Below the pieces are notes generated by a model. The model made no database searches, was not told the origin of the DNA, and saw nothing but the letters and a program-made list of their open reading frames with translations. This document shows positions 1 through 8,782 of a DNA stretch of 64,000 nt, one piece after another; position 1 is the first letter of the stretch, and each line of letters begins with the position of its first letter. The position numbers and the translations under genes were made by a program. The stretch covers positions 253-64,252 of the forward strand of contig CAZRQQ010000001.1 of assembly GCA_964602465.1 (NCBI GenBank). The letters run 5' to 3'. The stretch comes from an uncultured Candidatus Saccharibacteria bacterium (GTDB taxonomy: Bacteria; Patescibacteriota; Minisyncoccia; Phycocordibacterales; UBA9973).

Positions 1-1
1 T

Positions 2-733
2 GGTCCCGCGATCGAAAAGGTGGGTGACCTTGCAGCGATCCTCACCAACCTTCAGCCGGGCGATATGCTTTTCATCGACGAGATCCACCGACTCAATAAG
101 GCGATCGAGGAAGTCCTCTACCCTGTCATGGAAACCGGCAAGATGGATATCATGATCGGCAAGGGTCCCTCTGCACGCACAGTGCAGCTCGACCTGCCAC
201 CATTTACACTTGTCGGCGCAACGACAAGATTTGGTATGCTTTCAGCTCCGCTTCGCACACGCTTCTCAGGTGGAACGTTTAGATTGGAATTTTATACACC
301 CGAAGAGATTGCGACGATCCTTGCACGCTCAGCTGGTATCCTGGGTGTCTCGCTTCCCGCACAAGAACTTCAATCGATCGCCGGACGAAGTCGACAAACT
401 CCTCGTATTGCGAACTACCTTCTAAGGCGCGTGCGTGACTATACACAAATGCACGAGCGAGATATCGATACTGATTCGGTAAAAGAGGCATTTGCACTTC
501 TCGGACTTGATGAAAGCGGTCTGTCTCAAAACGACATAGTAATACTCAAAACACTCAAAGAAAAATTTGGCGGTGGACCTACTGGTGTCAAAAACCTCGC
601 AGCAGCAACAGGTGAGGACGAAGGTACCATCGAAGACGTCGTCGAACCATACCTCATCCAACTTGGATTGATTGAACGAACGCCACGAGGAAGAGTGCTT
701 ACGGAGAAAGGTCGTGAGTATCTCGGTAGATAA
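2..733 (+). CDS. ruvB: Holliday junction branch migration helicase RuvB (5' end cut by window edge)
   Basis: Open in frame from base 2 (GPAIEKVGDLAAIL). Walker B MLFIDEIHRL, VGATTRFGMLSAPLRTRF, C-terminal EPYLIQLGLIERTPRGR. Confidence 0.95.
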   Translation, partial: GPAIEKVGDLAAILTNLQPGDMLFIDEIHRLNKAIEEVLYPVMETGKMDIMIGKGPSARTVQLDLPPFTLVGATTRFGMLSAPLRTRFSGGTFRLEFYTPEEIATILARSAGILGVSLPAQELQSIAGRSRQTPRIANYLLRRVRDYTQMHERDIDTDSVKEAFALLGLDESGLSQNDIVILKTLKEKFGGGPTGVKNLAAATGEDEGTIEDVVEPYLIQLGLIERTPRGRVLTEKGREYLGR

Positions 734-847
734 TTCTGAATATAGTATTCTCAAAATCCACGCGTAATTTTCTGCTGAAAATTCGCTATGCTCGGGTAAG
801 TTAGCCCTTGCGCAATGCATTTTTCGAACACCATATTCAGAATTATC
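729..847. repeat. 15-bp perfect inverted repeat closing an 89-nt spacer (candidate structured intergenic element)
   Basis: Arms gataattctgaatat (729..743) and atattcagaattatc (833..847). Inner bulged hairpin at 762..786. Left arm overlaps the ruvB stop codon. Confidence 0.8.
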
Positions 848-860
848 TTTACTTTTAATC

Positions 861-885
861 TTCTACTAACTACTATCTAAGTACT
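861..885 (+). repeat. Half copy of the TAGT-rich palindromic element, abutting the ruvC ATG
   Basis: ttctactaactactatctaagtact matches the promoter-proximal arm of the copy at 23078..23110 (TTCTACTAACgACTATCTAcTTACT) at about 22 of 25 positions. Confidence 0.6.
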
Positions 886-1386
886 ATGTTACTGATTTTA
901 GCCATTGACCCTGGGTACGATCGCTGTGGTGTCGCACTCGTGAAGCCAGGACGGCCATCGGAGCTCGTGTCTTCGCAGTGTATCGAGACAAACAAGAAAG
1001 ATACTCATGAGAAACGCCTATTTCAAATTTATGAAACACTGAGCGGGTTAATTGCGAAGTACAACCCAACACACATCGCCCTCGAGACACTCTTTTTCTC
1101 TGTAAATAAAAAAACAGCGATTAAGGTCGCTGAAGCGCGCGGCATTATCGTACTCCTCGCAGGACAGCACAACCTCGAGCTCGTAGAACTCTCGCCACAA
1201 GAAGTGAAACAATCGATGACCGGTGTCGGCAATGCTTCCAAAGAGCAAGTACAAAAGATGGTGGAGCTCACACTCAAGATCGATACCGCAGGCAAAATAG
1301 ACGATGAAGTAGACGCGATCGCGCTCGGATTTGCAGCTGCAGAAAAAATTCGGTTTGAGGGGCTTGCAAAGAAAAAAAGTATTTGA
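886..1386 (+). CDS. ruvC: Crossover junction endodeoxyribonuclease RuvC
   Basis: N-terminal ILAIDPGYDRCGVALV with catalytic Asp, ETLFF, DEVDAIALG. Lies directly downstream of ruvB. Confidence 0.9.
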   Translation: MLLILAIDPGYDRCGVALVKPGRPSELVSSQCIETNKKDTHEKRLFQIYETLSGLIAKYNPTHIALETLFFSVNKKTAIKVAEARGIIVLLAGQHNLELVELSPQEVKQSMTGVGNASKEQVQKMVELTLKIDTAGKIDDEVDAIALGFAAAEKIRFEGLAKKKSI

Positions 1387-1434
1387 TACAACTTAGAGCA
1401 TTACCGTTTTAATTAATTGTATTTTTGCGCACCT

Positions 1435-1644
1435 ATGCATGACGATAAATTCAAAGTATCAGAAGATGATCTCGGCGACCTCTCGATTCGACAGGGCGAT
1501 ATAGGACAAGAAATAGAAGAGGAAGACGACGATTCATTTGCTCCAGATCCAGACGTCGATAGCAATACTGGAGGAGGCGAAGAAGAAAGCCCCTACGCTG
1601 AGATCGAAGAGATCATGAATCCATACGAAGAAGAGAACTACTAA
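1435..1644 (+). CDS. Small Asp/Glu-rich hypothetical protein (69 aa)
   Basis: ATG at 1435 preferred over the upstream TTG of the ORF track. Followed by a strong hairpin terminator. Confidence 0.4.
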   Translation: MHDDKFKVSEDDLGDLSIRQGDIGQEIEEEDDDSFAPDPDVDSNTGGGEEESPYAEIEEIMNPYEEENY

Positions 1645-1646
1645 AT

Positions 1647-1680
1647 AAAATACTCCCAAACGGGAGTATTTTATTTTTTT
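1647..1680. terminator. Bidirectional intrinsic terminator at a convergent junction
   Basis: Hairpin aaaatactccc-aaac-gggagtatttt flanked by A and T runs. Confidence 0.7.
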
Positions 1681-2108
1681 GCGACAGCTTTTTCTTTACA
1701 CTTCACACATGCACATCCTTTAGGCTTGATGTATTCATTCCAGTACTCTTTACCATAGTCATAACAGAGTTCTTCACCCGGCTCGATCTTGCGCTTGGAG
1801 TAGATAAAGACGCGCCCACCAACAGTGTCAGGTTCACAGTTTGCGCGACACGAATGGTTGATGTAGCGCGCGGTGTTTTTGCGCGTCGTGCCGTCGATGT
1901 GGCGGTTGCTCGATGTTTCAAAGAGATATTTGCCGCCGCGACGATTTGCTTCTTTGGCAGTGATGACTTCGCCGAAGTATTCAATGATGCAGTCACCTTT
2001 TTTAATTGGAGATACTGCAAAAAGCCCAAGGCCATTTACGCCGCGCTTCACCACCAAATCACCGGGGTACTTATATTGAGGAGTGGTCTTGGGATTTACT
2101 TTTGCCAT
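1671..2108 (-). CDS. SET-domain protein (putative protein lysine methyltransferase)
   Basis: RYINHSCRANCEP, ELCYDYG and a C-terminal Cys cluster CACVKC (post-SET-like). TATCTA lies 6 nt before the ATG. Confidence 0.85.
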   Translation of the reverse strand: MAKVNPKTTPQYKYPGDLVVKRGVNGLGLFAVSPIKKGDCIIEYFGEVITAKEANRRGGKYLFETSSNRHIDGTTRKNTARYINHSCRANCEPDTVGGRVFIYSKRKIEPGEELCYDYGKEYWNEYIKPKGCACVKCKEKAVAKK

Positions 2109-2953
2109 GCTGCGTAGATACCTGTCGTGAGTATTCGATCAGAGTTTTTTTGATTGATAGCGATATCGCCGTACGTGATCGTACCATGTGATAGTACTTC
2201 ATTCAACAATTCTCCAAACGTTCGCGCACTATACCCCGCTGCGTAGCCGTTGAGGATTACGAGTTTCGCGTCTGGAGAAAGAAGTTGTGGCAACAGTGCA
2301 ACGAGTTCTGCGAGCGATTCTTCGATCTTCCATACTTCCCCTTTCGGACCGCGACCAAATGCAGGTGGATCCATGACGATCACCTCAAATTGTTCACCGC
2401 GCGCAACGAGGCGTTTTGTGTACTTGAGCGCGTCTTCACAAATCACCCGAATCGCATCACTTGGAAGTCCGGATGAAGTAGCATTTTCTTTCACAGTTTC
2501 GATCGTACTCTTGGATGCATCGACGTGAGTGACTTGCATACCCACCTTTGCCGCAGCCACGCTCGCTGCTCCGGTGTACCCAAAGAGATTGAGCATCTTG
2601 AGACCTTCATGTTTCTTTCCTAAATCTTGTAACAACTCCCACTGATGTGAATGTTCGGGAAATACGCCGACATGCTTAAAGCCCTTCATTGAGAGATTGA
2701 GTACTATGTCATTCCAATCTATTTGCCAGTTTTCTGGTACACCTTCTGCGAGGCTCCATCGCTCGCCCTTATCTGCCCATACAAACTGCGCCTGCGCATC
2801 ATTCCACTGTGCAGCATTTTGTTTGTGCCAGATGACTTGTGGATCGGGACGATCGAGCACGAGCTCGCCAAATCGTTCAAGCTTTCTACCTCCTCCACTA
2901 TCGAGGAGCTCGTACGCATCCCATCCTTCTACTTGTATATCGACTCGTTTCAT
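2096..2953 (-). CDS. Class I SAM-dependent methyltransferase (RlmI/RlmK-like rRNA methyltransferase family)
   Basis: FGYTGAASVAAAKVG (motif I-like) and VIVMDPPAFGRG (DPPxF motif). ATGA overlap with the upstream gene. Confidence 0.8.
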   Translation of the reverse strand: MKRVDIQVEGWDAYELLDSGGGRKLERFGELVLDRPDPQVIWHKQNAAQWNDAQAQFVWADKGERWSLAEGVPENWQIDWNDIVLNLSMKGFKHVGVFPEHSHQWELLQDLGKKHEGLKMLNLFGYTGAASVAAAKVGMQVTHVDASKSTIETVKENATSSGLPSDAIRVICEDALKYTKRLVARGEQFEVIVMDPPAFGRGPKGEVWKIEESLAELVALLPQLLSPDAKLVILNGYAAGYSARTFGELLNEVLSHGTITYGDIAINQKNSDRILTTGIYAAWQK

Positions 2954-3846
2954 TTTTTCAGTACGTCGGTAAGCGCTTCGGTGAGTGTCGGGTGAGCAAA
3001 GATAAATCCTTTATCTACTAAAAGCTGTGAGCTTACCTTTTGGCTTTTTGTAATTTCATCAAAGAGTCCGCCGTAGCGCTTGCGAATAAATCGCGGCACC
3101 ACTCCCCACACTTTTTTCTTTGCAACAGTACCAAGTGTCTGCATAAATGTACTGTGAAGTACTGCCTCCGGCGCTGCTGCATTGATCGGCCCCTGGAGTG
3201 TAGAGGTCTGCAATGCAAAAAGATAGGTGTTGATGATATCTTCTTCATGAATCCATGGCTGCCAAAAGTCGCGCTTGGAAAGCTTGAGTAAAAATCCAAA
3301 CAGTCCAGTGCGTACAAACTGCTTCACCATACCGCCATGTCCCACCACTGAGGCAGTGCGCACACAGACAACCCGAGTTCCAAAACGTTCTGCTTTGTGC
3401 GCTTCTGTTTCCCATGCATCTACTACATCGGCAAGAAATCCGGCGCCTTTCGGAGTTCGCTCAGTAAGGAGCTCATCCCCTGCTTCGCTATAATACCCAA
3501 CTGCGGATGCATTGATCAAAATGTGTGGTCGACTTGTTGCACCCTGCATGCTCTCCACAATATGTCGCGTACTCACAATGCGACTGTCATAGATCGCACG
3601 CATCGTTGTCTCATTCCATTTTTGAGAAATTGGTGCGCCGACGAGATTGATCACTGCATCGGTTTTCTCAAGGACATTGAATGGGAGTTCATCGACAGTG
3701 ATATCGTGCTGTATAAAAAAGAGCTGCGTGTGGGTAAAGGATGGTGGACGGACATCGACAACAACGACAGTGTCTCCGGCTGCGAGAAGTTTTTTGGCAA
3801 GCTGAGTCCCGATAAAGCCCGATCCCCCGGCAAGTACTATGGTCAT
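2950..3846 (-). CDS. NAD-dependent epimerase/dehydratase family protein (TIGR01777/YfcH-like)
   Basis: Start trimmed to the ATG at 3846 so that the Rossmann motif MTIVLAGGSGFIGTQL is N-terminal. The ORF-track extension to 4044 has no support. Confidence 0.8.
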   Translation of the reverse strand: MTIVLAGGSGFIGTQLAKKLLAAGDTVVVVDVRPPSFTHTQLFFIQHDITVDELPFNVLEKTDAVINLVGAPISQKWNETTMRAIYDSRIVSTRHIVESMQGATSRPHILINASAVGYYSEAGDELLTERTPKGAGFLADVVDAWETEAHKAERFGTRVVCVRTASVVGHGGMVKQFVRTGLFGFLLKLSKRDFWQPWIHEEDIINTYLFALQTSTLQGPINAAAPEAVLHSTFMQTLGTVAKKKVWGVVPRFIRKRYGGLFDEITKSQKVSSQLLVDKGFIFAHPTLTEALTDVLKK

Positions 3847-3934
3847 AGATCTATCTATGGTACCACGGGGCAATGTAGTACTGTTTGGAAGACAACAAAA
3901 CGTCACTTTTGCAAAATCCGGCCATTGAGGTAGG

Positions 3935-4102
3935 ATGGCGAGTATGGAAAAATTCCTCGACGTCGCCGAGACAGTCATTGTCGCGATCTTCAACTTCGCG
4001 CTCTTTGTTGTGATGTCAGCCCTCTTTCTCCCTGCCTTTCTCATCGTTACCTACCTCCAAAAGCCATGGGAGGCAAGTATGAAAGATATCTTTGGACTCT
4101 AA
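3935..4102 (+). CDS. Small membrane protein (55 aa, below the ORF-track cutoff)
   Basis: MASMEKFLDVAETVIVAIFNFALFVVMSALFLPAFLIVTYLQKPWEASMKDIFGL. GAGG lies 4 nt before the ATG. Fills the 250-nt gap left after trimming the epimerase start. Confidence 0.45.
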   Translation: MASMEKFLDVAETVIVAIFNFALFVVMSALFLPAFLIVTYLQKPWEASMKDIFGL

Positions 4103-5292
4103 ACGATCTTGATAAATCGATTCTTGCCGATTTTGTATGTACCAGGCACTGCGCGATGTTTAACCTGTATCAATGAAAGCACTTCTTTTGTGTCAAAGTT
4201 ACTGATTGCACCTGCATCAGCAAGTCTTCGTACCTCACTCTTTGATTCAATAACTCCTTCGTCGATAAAAATCATTTCAAGGGTGCGTTCGTTTACTTGT
4301 GTTTCCGGAACACTTTCTACTGATTCCTTTTTCTGAAACGTTGCGACAAACGCAGCTTCTGCTTGTTGTGCTTCCATATCTCCTGCAATGCTTTTTACAA
4401 TTTCAAATGCAAGTCGCATTTTCAAATCGCGAGGATTGATACCTTTTGTAAGCTCATCTGCAACAATCGCGACCTGATCCATCGTGTAGTCAGTGCAGAG
4501 CTCAAATCCAGAGACAATCATGCCATCAGTCCATGACATCACTTTGCCGTAAATATCTTTAGGATCATCGGCAAGCGCGATCATATTGCCTTCGCTCTTA
4601 CCCATCTTCTTGCCATTTGCATCTGCGAGAAGCTTCATCGTGATCACAAACTTTTCTTTGTTCTTGATGGATTTAAGGAGCGTGCGGCCAGCAAGCATAT
4701 TGAAGAGTTGGTCGTTGCCTCCCACTTCTCCATCAACATCCATCGCGACTGAATCATATCCTTGCATGAGCGGGTACATAAATTCATGGATGTAGATTGG
4801 TTTCTCTTCCTTCATGCGGTTTACAAACATATCGCGCTTGAGCATTTGATCCACCGTCATTTGGGATGCGAGTTCGAGCACATCTGCAAATTTCATCCGG
4901 CCGAGCCATTTATTATTAAATTTTACTTTCGCAGGATTTGGACCAGAGAACCGGATAAACTTACTCGCCTGCTTTTTGTATGCCTTCAGATTTTTCTTAA
5001 TCTCCTTTTCGGTAAGTTTGGTGCGGGCAGCACCTTTGTCAGTAGGATCACCGATACGTGCTGTGAAATCTCCTATGAGAAAGATCACATGGTGCCCGAG
5101 GTCTTGGAAATGCTTAAGCTTGCGAAGCGTGATCGCGTGCCCGATGTGGAGCGTTGGCGCAGTCGGATCAAATCCACAATAGATCGTCATGCGCTGCTTG
5201 CTCTTGAGCTGCTTCTCTAGATACTCCCGTCCTGGCAAAATTTCCGATACCCCCTTCTCCATCAAGAGCGCAATTTTTTCTTCTCGTTCCAT
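4099..5292 (-). CDS. tyrS: Tyrosine--tRNA ligase
   Basis: HIGH motif PTLHIGHAITL, KMSKS-type KKMGKS, C-terminal S4-like domain. Start trimmed to ATG 5292 (MEREEKIALL), with TACAAT 10 nt upstream. Confidence 0.95.
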   Translation of the reverse strand: MEREEKIALLMEKGVSEILPGREYLEKQLKSKQRMTIYCGFDPTAPTLHIGHAITLRKLKHFQDLGHHVIFLIGDFTARIGDPTDKGAARTKLTEKEIKKNLKAYKKQASKFIRFSGPNPAKVKFNNKWLGRMKFADVLELASQMTVDQMLKRDMFVNRMKEEKPIYIHEFMYPLMQGYDSVAMDVDGEVGGNDQLFNMLAGRTLLKSIKNKEKFVITMKLLADANGKKMGKSEGNMIALADDPKDIYGKVMSWTDGMIVSGFELCTDYTMDQVAIVADELTKGINPRDLKMRLAFEIVKSIAGDMEAQQAEAAFVATFQKKESVESVPETQVNERTLEMIFIDEGVIESKSEVRRLADAGAISNFDTKEVLSLIQVKHRAVPGTYKIGKNRFIKIV

Positions 5293-5452
5293 AGATACGG
5301 TGATTGTAGCATTTTCGTATGATTGAAGATATTGATATCCTGCATGCATTGACAAACGAACAGTGGTTGGTACACTAGGCATACTGAAAGGCGGAAAATC
5401 GGAGTGCCGCCGGCCCACGAGGCTATGGAGGGAAGTTCCGTCCTCCCAGCGT

Positions 5453-5476
5453 AAAACACCCATTCGTGGGTGTTTT
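5453..5476 (-). terminator. Intrinsic terminator of the 5475..5879 gene
   Basis: aaaacaccca-ttcg-tgggtgtttt, a 10-bp stem followed by a T run on the minus strand. Confidence 0.65.
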
Positions 5477-5879
5477 ACTTTTTGAGAAGTTTCAAAATCT
5501 TTTTGGTTGCTCTATAAAACCCCGTTCGCATGATGTATGTATTTTCTGAAGTTGGAATAATCTCGAGTACCAAGACTATACCCTTTCCTTTTGTAATCAT
5601 TTTTTCAATAAGGAAATAGTTGCCTTCCTTATTGTTTGAAATAAGCTCATACTCTACATTCTCGATTACAGAAACAGTTTTGTGAAAAAAGAACTTAAGA
5701 TCTTCTAATGAATATTTGTCTCGCTTTCTCTGTTCAATAATATGTTTCAGTACTCGATATTTCAGAGAAATCGTTATAAATAAATTACTAAAAAGAAATT
5801 CGTGATGAAAATCCTTGATATGCTCCCCATCTTGCATCCCGTAATATTTTTCAATTAGGCTAGCTAGGTCTGATTCCAT
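5475..5879 (-). CDS. Hypothetical protein (134 aa); possibly a PBECR-type nuclease fold
   Basis: Start trimmed to MESDLASL. The His/Lys-rich LKHIIEQRKRD segment and a C-terminal beta-rich part are only weakly reminiscent of Barnase-EndoU-ColicinE5/D-RelE-like nucleases. Confidence 0.45.
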   Translation of the reverse strand: MESDLASLIEKYYGMQDGEHIKDFHHEFLFSNLFITISLKYRVLKHIIEQRKRDKYSLEDLKFFFHKTVSVIENVEYELISNNKEGNYFLIEKMITKGKGIVLVLEIIPTSENTYIMRTGFYRATKKILKLLKK

Positions 5880-5958
5880 ACAAATCAACCTACCAGTATT
5901 GGGTTCAAAATATTCTAAAGTACGCAAAAGGAAAAGCCGCATTGCTGCGGCTTTGGAA

Positions 5959-6651
5959 TTACCTTTTTTGAGCAGTGATGATGAGGTAGGTCGGATAGAT
6001 ATCTCCCCCTATTTGTTCTGCGGCTGGGAATTCTGCACCTTCGTTGATACCAGTAAGCGTAAACAGTTTGAAAAATGTTTCGCTTAAGTATTCTTTGAGT
6101 GTGTGCGAAGGCTCGTGCACCGTGATTGCTCCATCAAAGATAATCGAATCGACGATTTCCTTTTTGAAGTAATCCTTCCCCTGCTTTTTCTTTTCGAGAA
6201 ATTGTCGGAATGGGTGCACCACAAGAAATACAAAGTGGCCATCAGATTTCAGTAATCGTGCAGCTTCCGTATAGATCGCATCAATATCTGCCGATGTCTG
6301 CATTGCCCATTTTGAAATAACCAAATCAAACGAATTGCTTTCAAAAGAAGTTTTTGCAAAATCTTCACAGCGAATATCTCCTCCAGTGTTTTGTTTTGCA
6401 AGAGTAACCATTTCAGAAGAACTGTCTACACCACAACATTGAATACCTCTTTCCTGGAAATACTTGATCATATCTCCATTCCCGCACGCAAAATCGATGA
6501 TCTTTTTAGCAGACAGAGTAAGGTTTGGCTCAAGAATTAGCGTAAGTAGTTTCTTAAATGCTTCATCCGAAATCTCATTGAATCCCCTTCTCAGTTCCTG
6601 GTATGTATCAGAAATACCATTGTACTGAGTATTAAGTTGCTTCTTTTTCAT
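5959..6651 (-). CDS. Class I SAM-dependent methyltransferase
   Basis: Motif I IIDFACGNGDM and post-I CCGVDSS, with FDLVISKWAMQ. Confidence 0.85.
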   Translation of the reverse strand: MKKKQLNTQYNGISDTYQELRRGFNEISDEAFKKLLTLILEPNLTLSAKKIIDFACGNGDMIKYFQERGIQCCGVDSSSEMVTLAKQNTGGDIRCEDFAKTSFESNSFDLVISKWAMQTSADIDAIYTEAARLLKSDGHFVFLVVHPFRQFLEKKKQGKDYFKKEIVDSIIFDGAITVHEPSHTLKEYLSETFFKLFTLTGINEGAEFPAAEQIGGDIYPTYLIITAQKR

Positions 6652-6791
6652 TTTTTACATTTTAGTTATTAATTTATGTGTCTGGCCAGATCACACAAAT
6701 CACTAAAACTATTTCAATGAACATTCTGTTTCGCTCTTTTGAGCTCATCAGTCGGACTTTCATTCCGAGACAGAAGAGTGTAAAAACACTC

Positions 6792-7112
6792 TTACCTTAT
6801 TACAAAAGCATTATGAATTGCTCTGTCTATTTCCCTAAATTCGGGATATTTTGACTCGCCAAATACTGGTATTGCTTTGTAATAATCTAAACTATTGCTT
6901 ATAGTTTTTTGTTTTAATTTTTCAGCCGTATCAATAATTTCTTTTTCGGGGTTTTTAATTTCAAAAGATTTAAAATGTTTGAGATTAATTTTTTCACCCT
7001 TTTTTGTATCGGTCCAAATTTTGTCACCCCTAAGAAATACTGTGCGCTCTTCTGGTAGGTGTAACAAAAAATACTGTTCTCCTAAAAACCTAAAATATCT
7101 ATGTTTTTGCAT
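6792..7112 (-). CDS. Hypothetical protein (106 aa)
   Basis: Intact ORF in a region that looks AT-rich. No recognisable motif. Confidence 0.45.
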   Translation of the reverse strand: MQKHRYFRFLGEQYFLLHLPEERTVFLRGDKIWTDTKKGEKINLKHFKSFEIKNPEKEIIDTAEKLKQKTISNSLDYYKAIPVFGESKYPEFREIDRAIHNAFVIR

Positions 7113-7244
7113 ATGTGTATATTTATAAATGAACTAATGTAATTTCTATCGACATCATACCGACTATTTGACAAAAAGTCTTAAATATTGGATAAAATAG
7201 TATTATAGTAAACTTTTTGTTTACTTTGAGCTATACTTCCCTCT

Positions 7245-8060
7245 ATGATCCTAGGCACCAAACCAGAAACCAAAGAAATCATCGTCGAGCTACTCTCTAA
7301 GGGGGCACTAGATTCAATCGAGCTTCAGAAACAGGTTGAGAATAAGAAAAAGGTTACAAAACAAGGATTTTATAAGGCGCTCCGCGAACTCCTCTCTGAA
7401 GAAATAGTGGTAAAAAACAAGCAACTTGTCGCGCTGAGCAACCTCTGGGTCAACAAGCTAGACTCTTTTGTTCGTCGGGTAGACGAAGAATACAAGCAGT
7501 CGAGCGACTTCATCGCGCTCCAAGAAGGCGAAACGATCACCTACCACTTCAAAACCCTCGAAAGTCTCGATTTGTTCTGGATGCACCAATTCTTCCTTAT
7601 TGCCAAGCAATTTACTCAAGAACCGATCATTTTCTACAATCCGCACGAGTTTTGGTCATTGTTCCGCTATACCGAGCAAGATCTCTTATATAAATGGATC
7701 GGTGAGCACAAACGTGAGACGTATTTCGTCATTGGCGACACTACCCCACTCGACAAAGAAACAACTGCCTATGTTGCACCCTACGGACTCCAGATGCACT
7801 ACACCCAAAACACCGGGTTGCGGAAAAATTATTTCTCTACAGTCATTGGAGACTATGTGATCGACACAATCGTTGACACCAATACCTCAGGCAATATTGA
7901 TGCACTCTATAAAAAATACCCAAAGTGGTCGGAAGAAGTTCGAAAAGAGCTTGCTGATATCCTCTCTCGCCTCAAGCGAAGCAAGGTTGTCATTGAACGC
8001 AATAAAAAGAAAGCTGAGCAGCTGCGCAAGAAACTGATGAAGTATTTTGTGTTTGTATAA
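7245..8060 (+). CDS. TrmB-like winged-helix protein, paralogue of 50239..51066
   Basis: N-terminal wHTH. Blocks shared with the paralogue: LSNLWVNKLDSF/LSNVWLGKMSDF, EPIIFYNPHEFW/EPIYIYNPHEWF, ALYKKY/ELYKKT. TATACT lies 7 nt before the ATG. Confidence 0.6.
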   Translation: MILGTKPETKEIIVELLSKGALDSIELQKQVENKKKVTKQGFYKALRELLSEEIVVKNKQLVALSNLWVNKLDSFVRRVDEEYKQSSDFIALQEGETITYHFKTLESLDLFWMHQFFLIAKQFTQEPIIFYNPHEFWSLFRYTEQDLLYKWIGEHKRETYFVIGDTTPLDKETTAYVAPYGLQMHYTQNTGLRKNYFSTVIGDYVIDTIVDTNTSGNIDALYKKYPKWSEEVRKELADILSRLKRSKVVIERNKKKAEQLRKKLMKYFVFV

Positions 8061-8079
8061 ATAAAAAAACTTCACGGTC

Positions 8080-8313
8080 TTAGTAGAACGTGAAGCGAAG
8101 TGTGCCAGGATAAGCCGCTAAATATCCGAGAATAAATACAATGATATAGCGCCAGTGTTTCTTGATAAAGCCGCCTATGTATTTTTTGGATCCATCGAGA
8201 TACTTCTTTTGTTCTTTGATGATAAAAGAAATACCTAATCCAACAATCCAAACAAATACGGCGAGTTGCACAATAACGCCAAGTGCTGTGTTGAGCATTC
8301 CGGGAGGAGTCAT
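8080..8313 (-). CDS. Small membrane protein (77 aa, two predicted TM helices)
   Basis: Hydrophobic segments ALGVIVQLAVFVWIVGLGISFII and YIIVFILGYLAAY. Preferred over the overlapping 8072..8356 frame. Confidence 0.5.
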   Translation of the reverse strand: MTPPGMLNTALGVIVQLAVFVWIVGLGISFIIKEQKKYLDGSKKYIGGFIKKHWRYIIVFILGYLAAYPGTLRFTFY

Positions 8314-8422
8314 AATTAGGTTTTAGGTGAACAATTATGTGTGTAGTATATACCAAAATAGTTGACTTGTCAATATAGATGTGGTATTGTGTTGGAAACT
8401 AAAACTCATTAAATAAAAACAT

Positions 8423-8782
8423 ATGGATCAGATACTCACTCTTATGTTTGAAAAGGTGTCCTATTTGGATAAACAAGGATATAGACTTACGATTTCGGAT
8501 TCATCTTTGAAAATCAAATATGAATCACTGCTGGATGCTGTAGACTTCAAAATTGTGCAACTATCTCTCTTTTTTGGTGGACACGATTACGCCGACGTTT
8601 CGATGATAAAAGTATTCCTTCCTCCCCCGATGGTGCCTTCAAGTAATATTAAACATCAATTGGAAGAAATATTTCCGAAAAAAAATATTGTTTTTTTCCA
8701 AAAAGGCCTTGTTGATGTATTTGATTACAAATTTGAAACACACACTTCATTGGAGTTCTTTTTAGAAGAGAATATAAACTGA
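8423..8782 (+). CDS. Hypothetical protein (119 aa)
   Basis: Intact ORF preceded by TTGACT-N17-TATTGT. Confidence 0.45.
   Translation: MDQILTLMFEKVSYLDKQGYRLTISDSSLKIKYESLLDAVDFKIVQLSLFFGGHDYADVSMIKVFLPPPMVPSSNIKHQLEEIFPKKNIVFFQKGLVDVFDYKFETHTSLEFFLEENIN

Noticed and set aside
5293-5463. Possible T-box or other leader upstream of tyrS. The ORF track extends the gene through this region, and it contains hairpins.
   Set aside because: A TACAAT box lies 10 nt before the conserved-looking ATG at 5292, leaving no room for a leader. One hairpin (5453..5476) is the terminator of the upstream gene. I could not find T-box, specifier or AG-bulge features.
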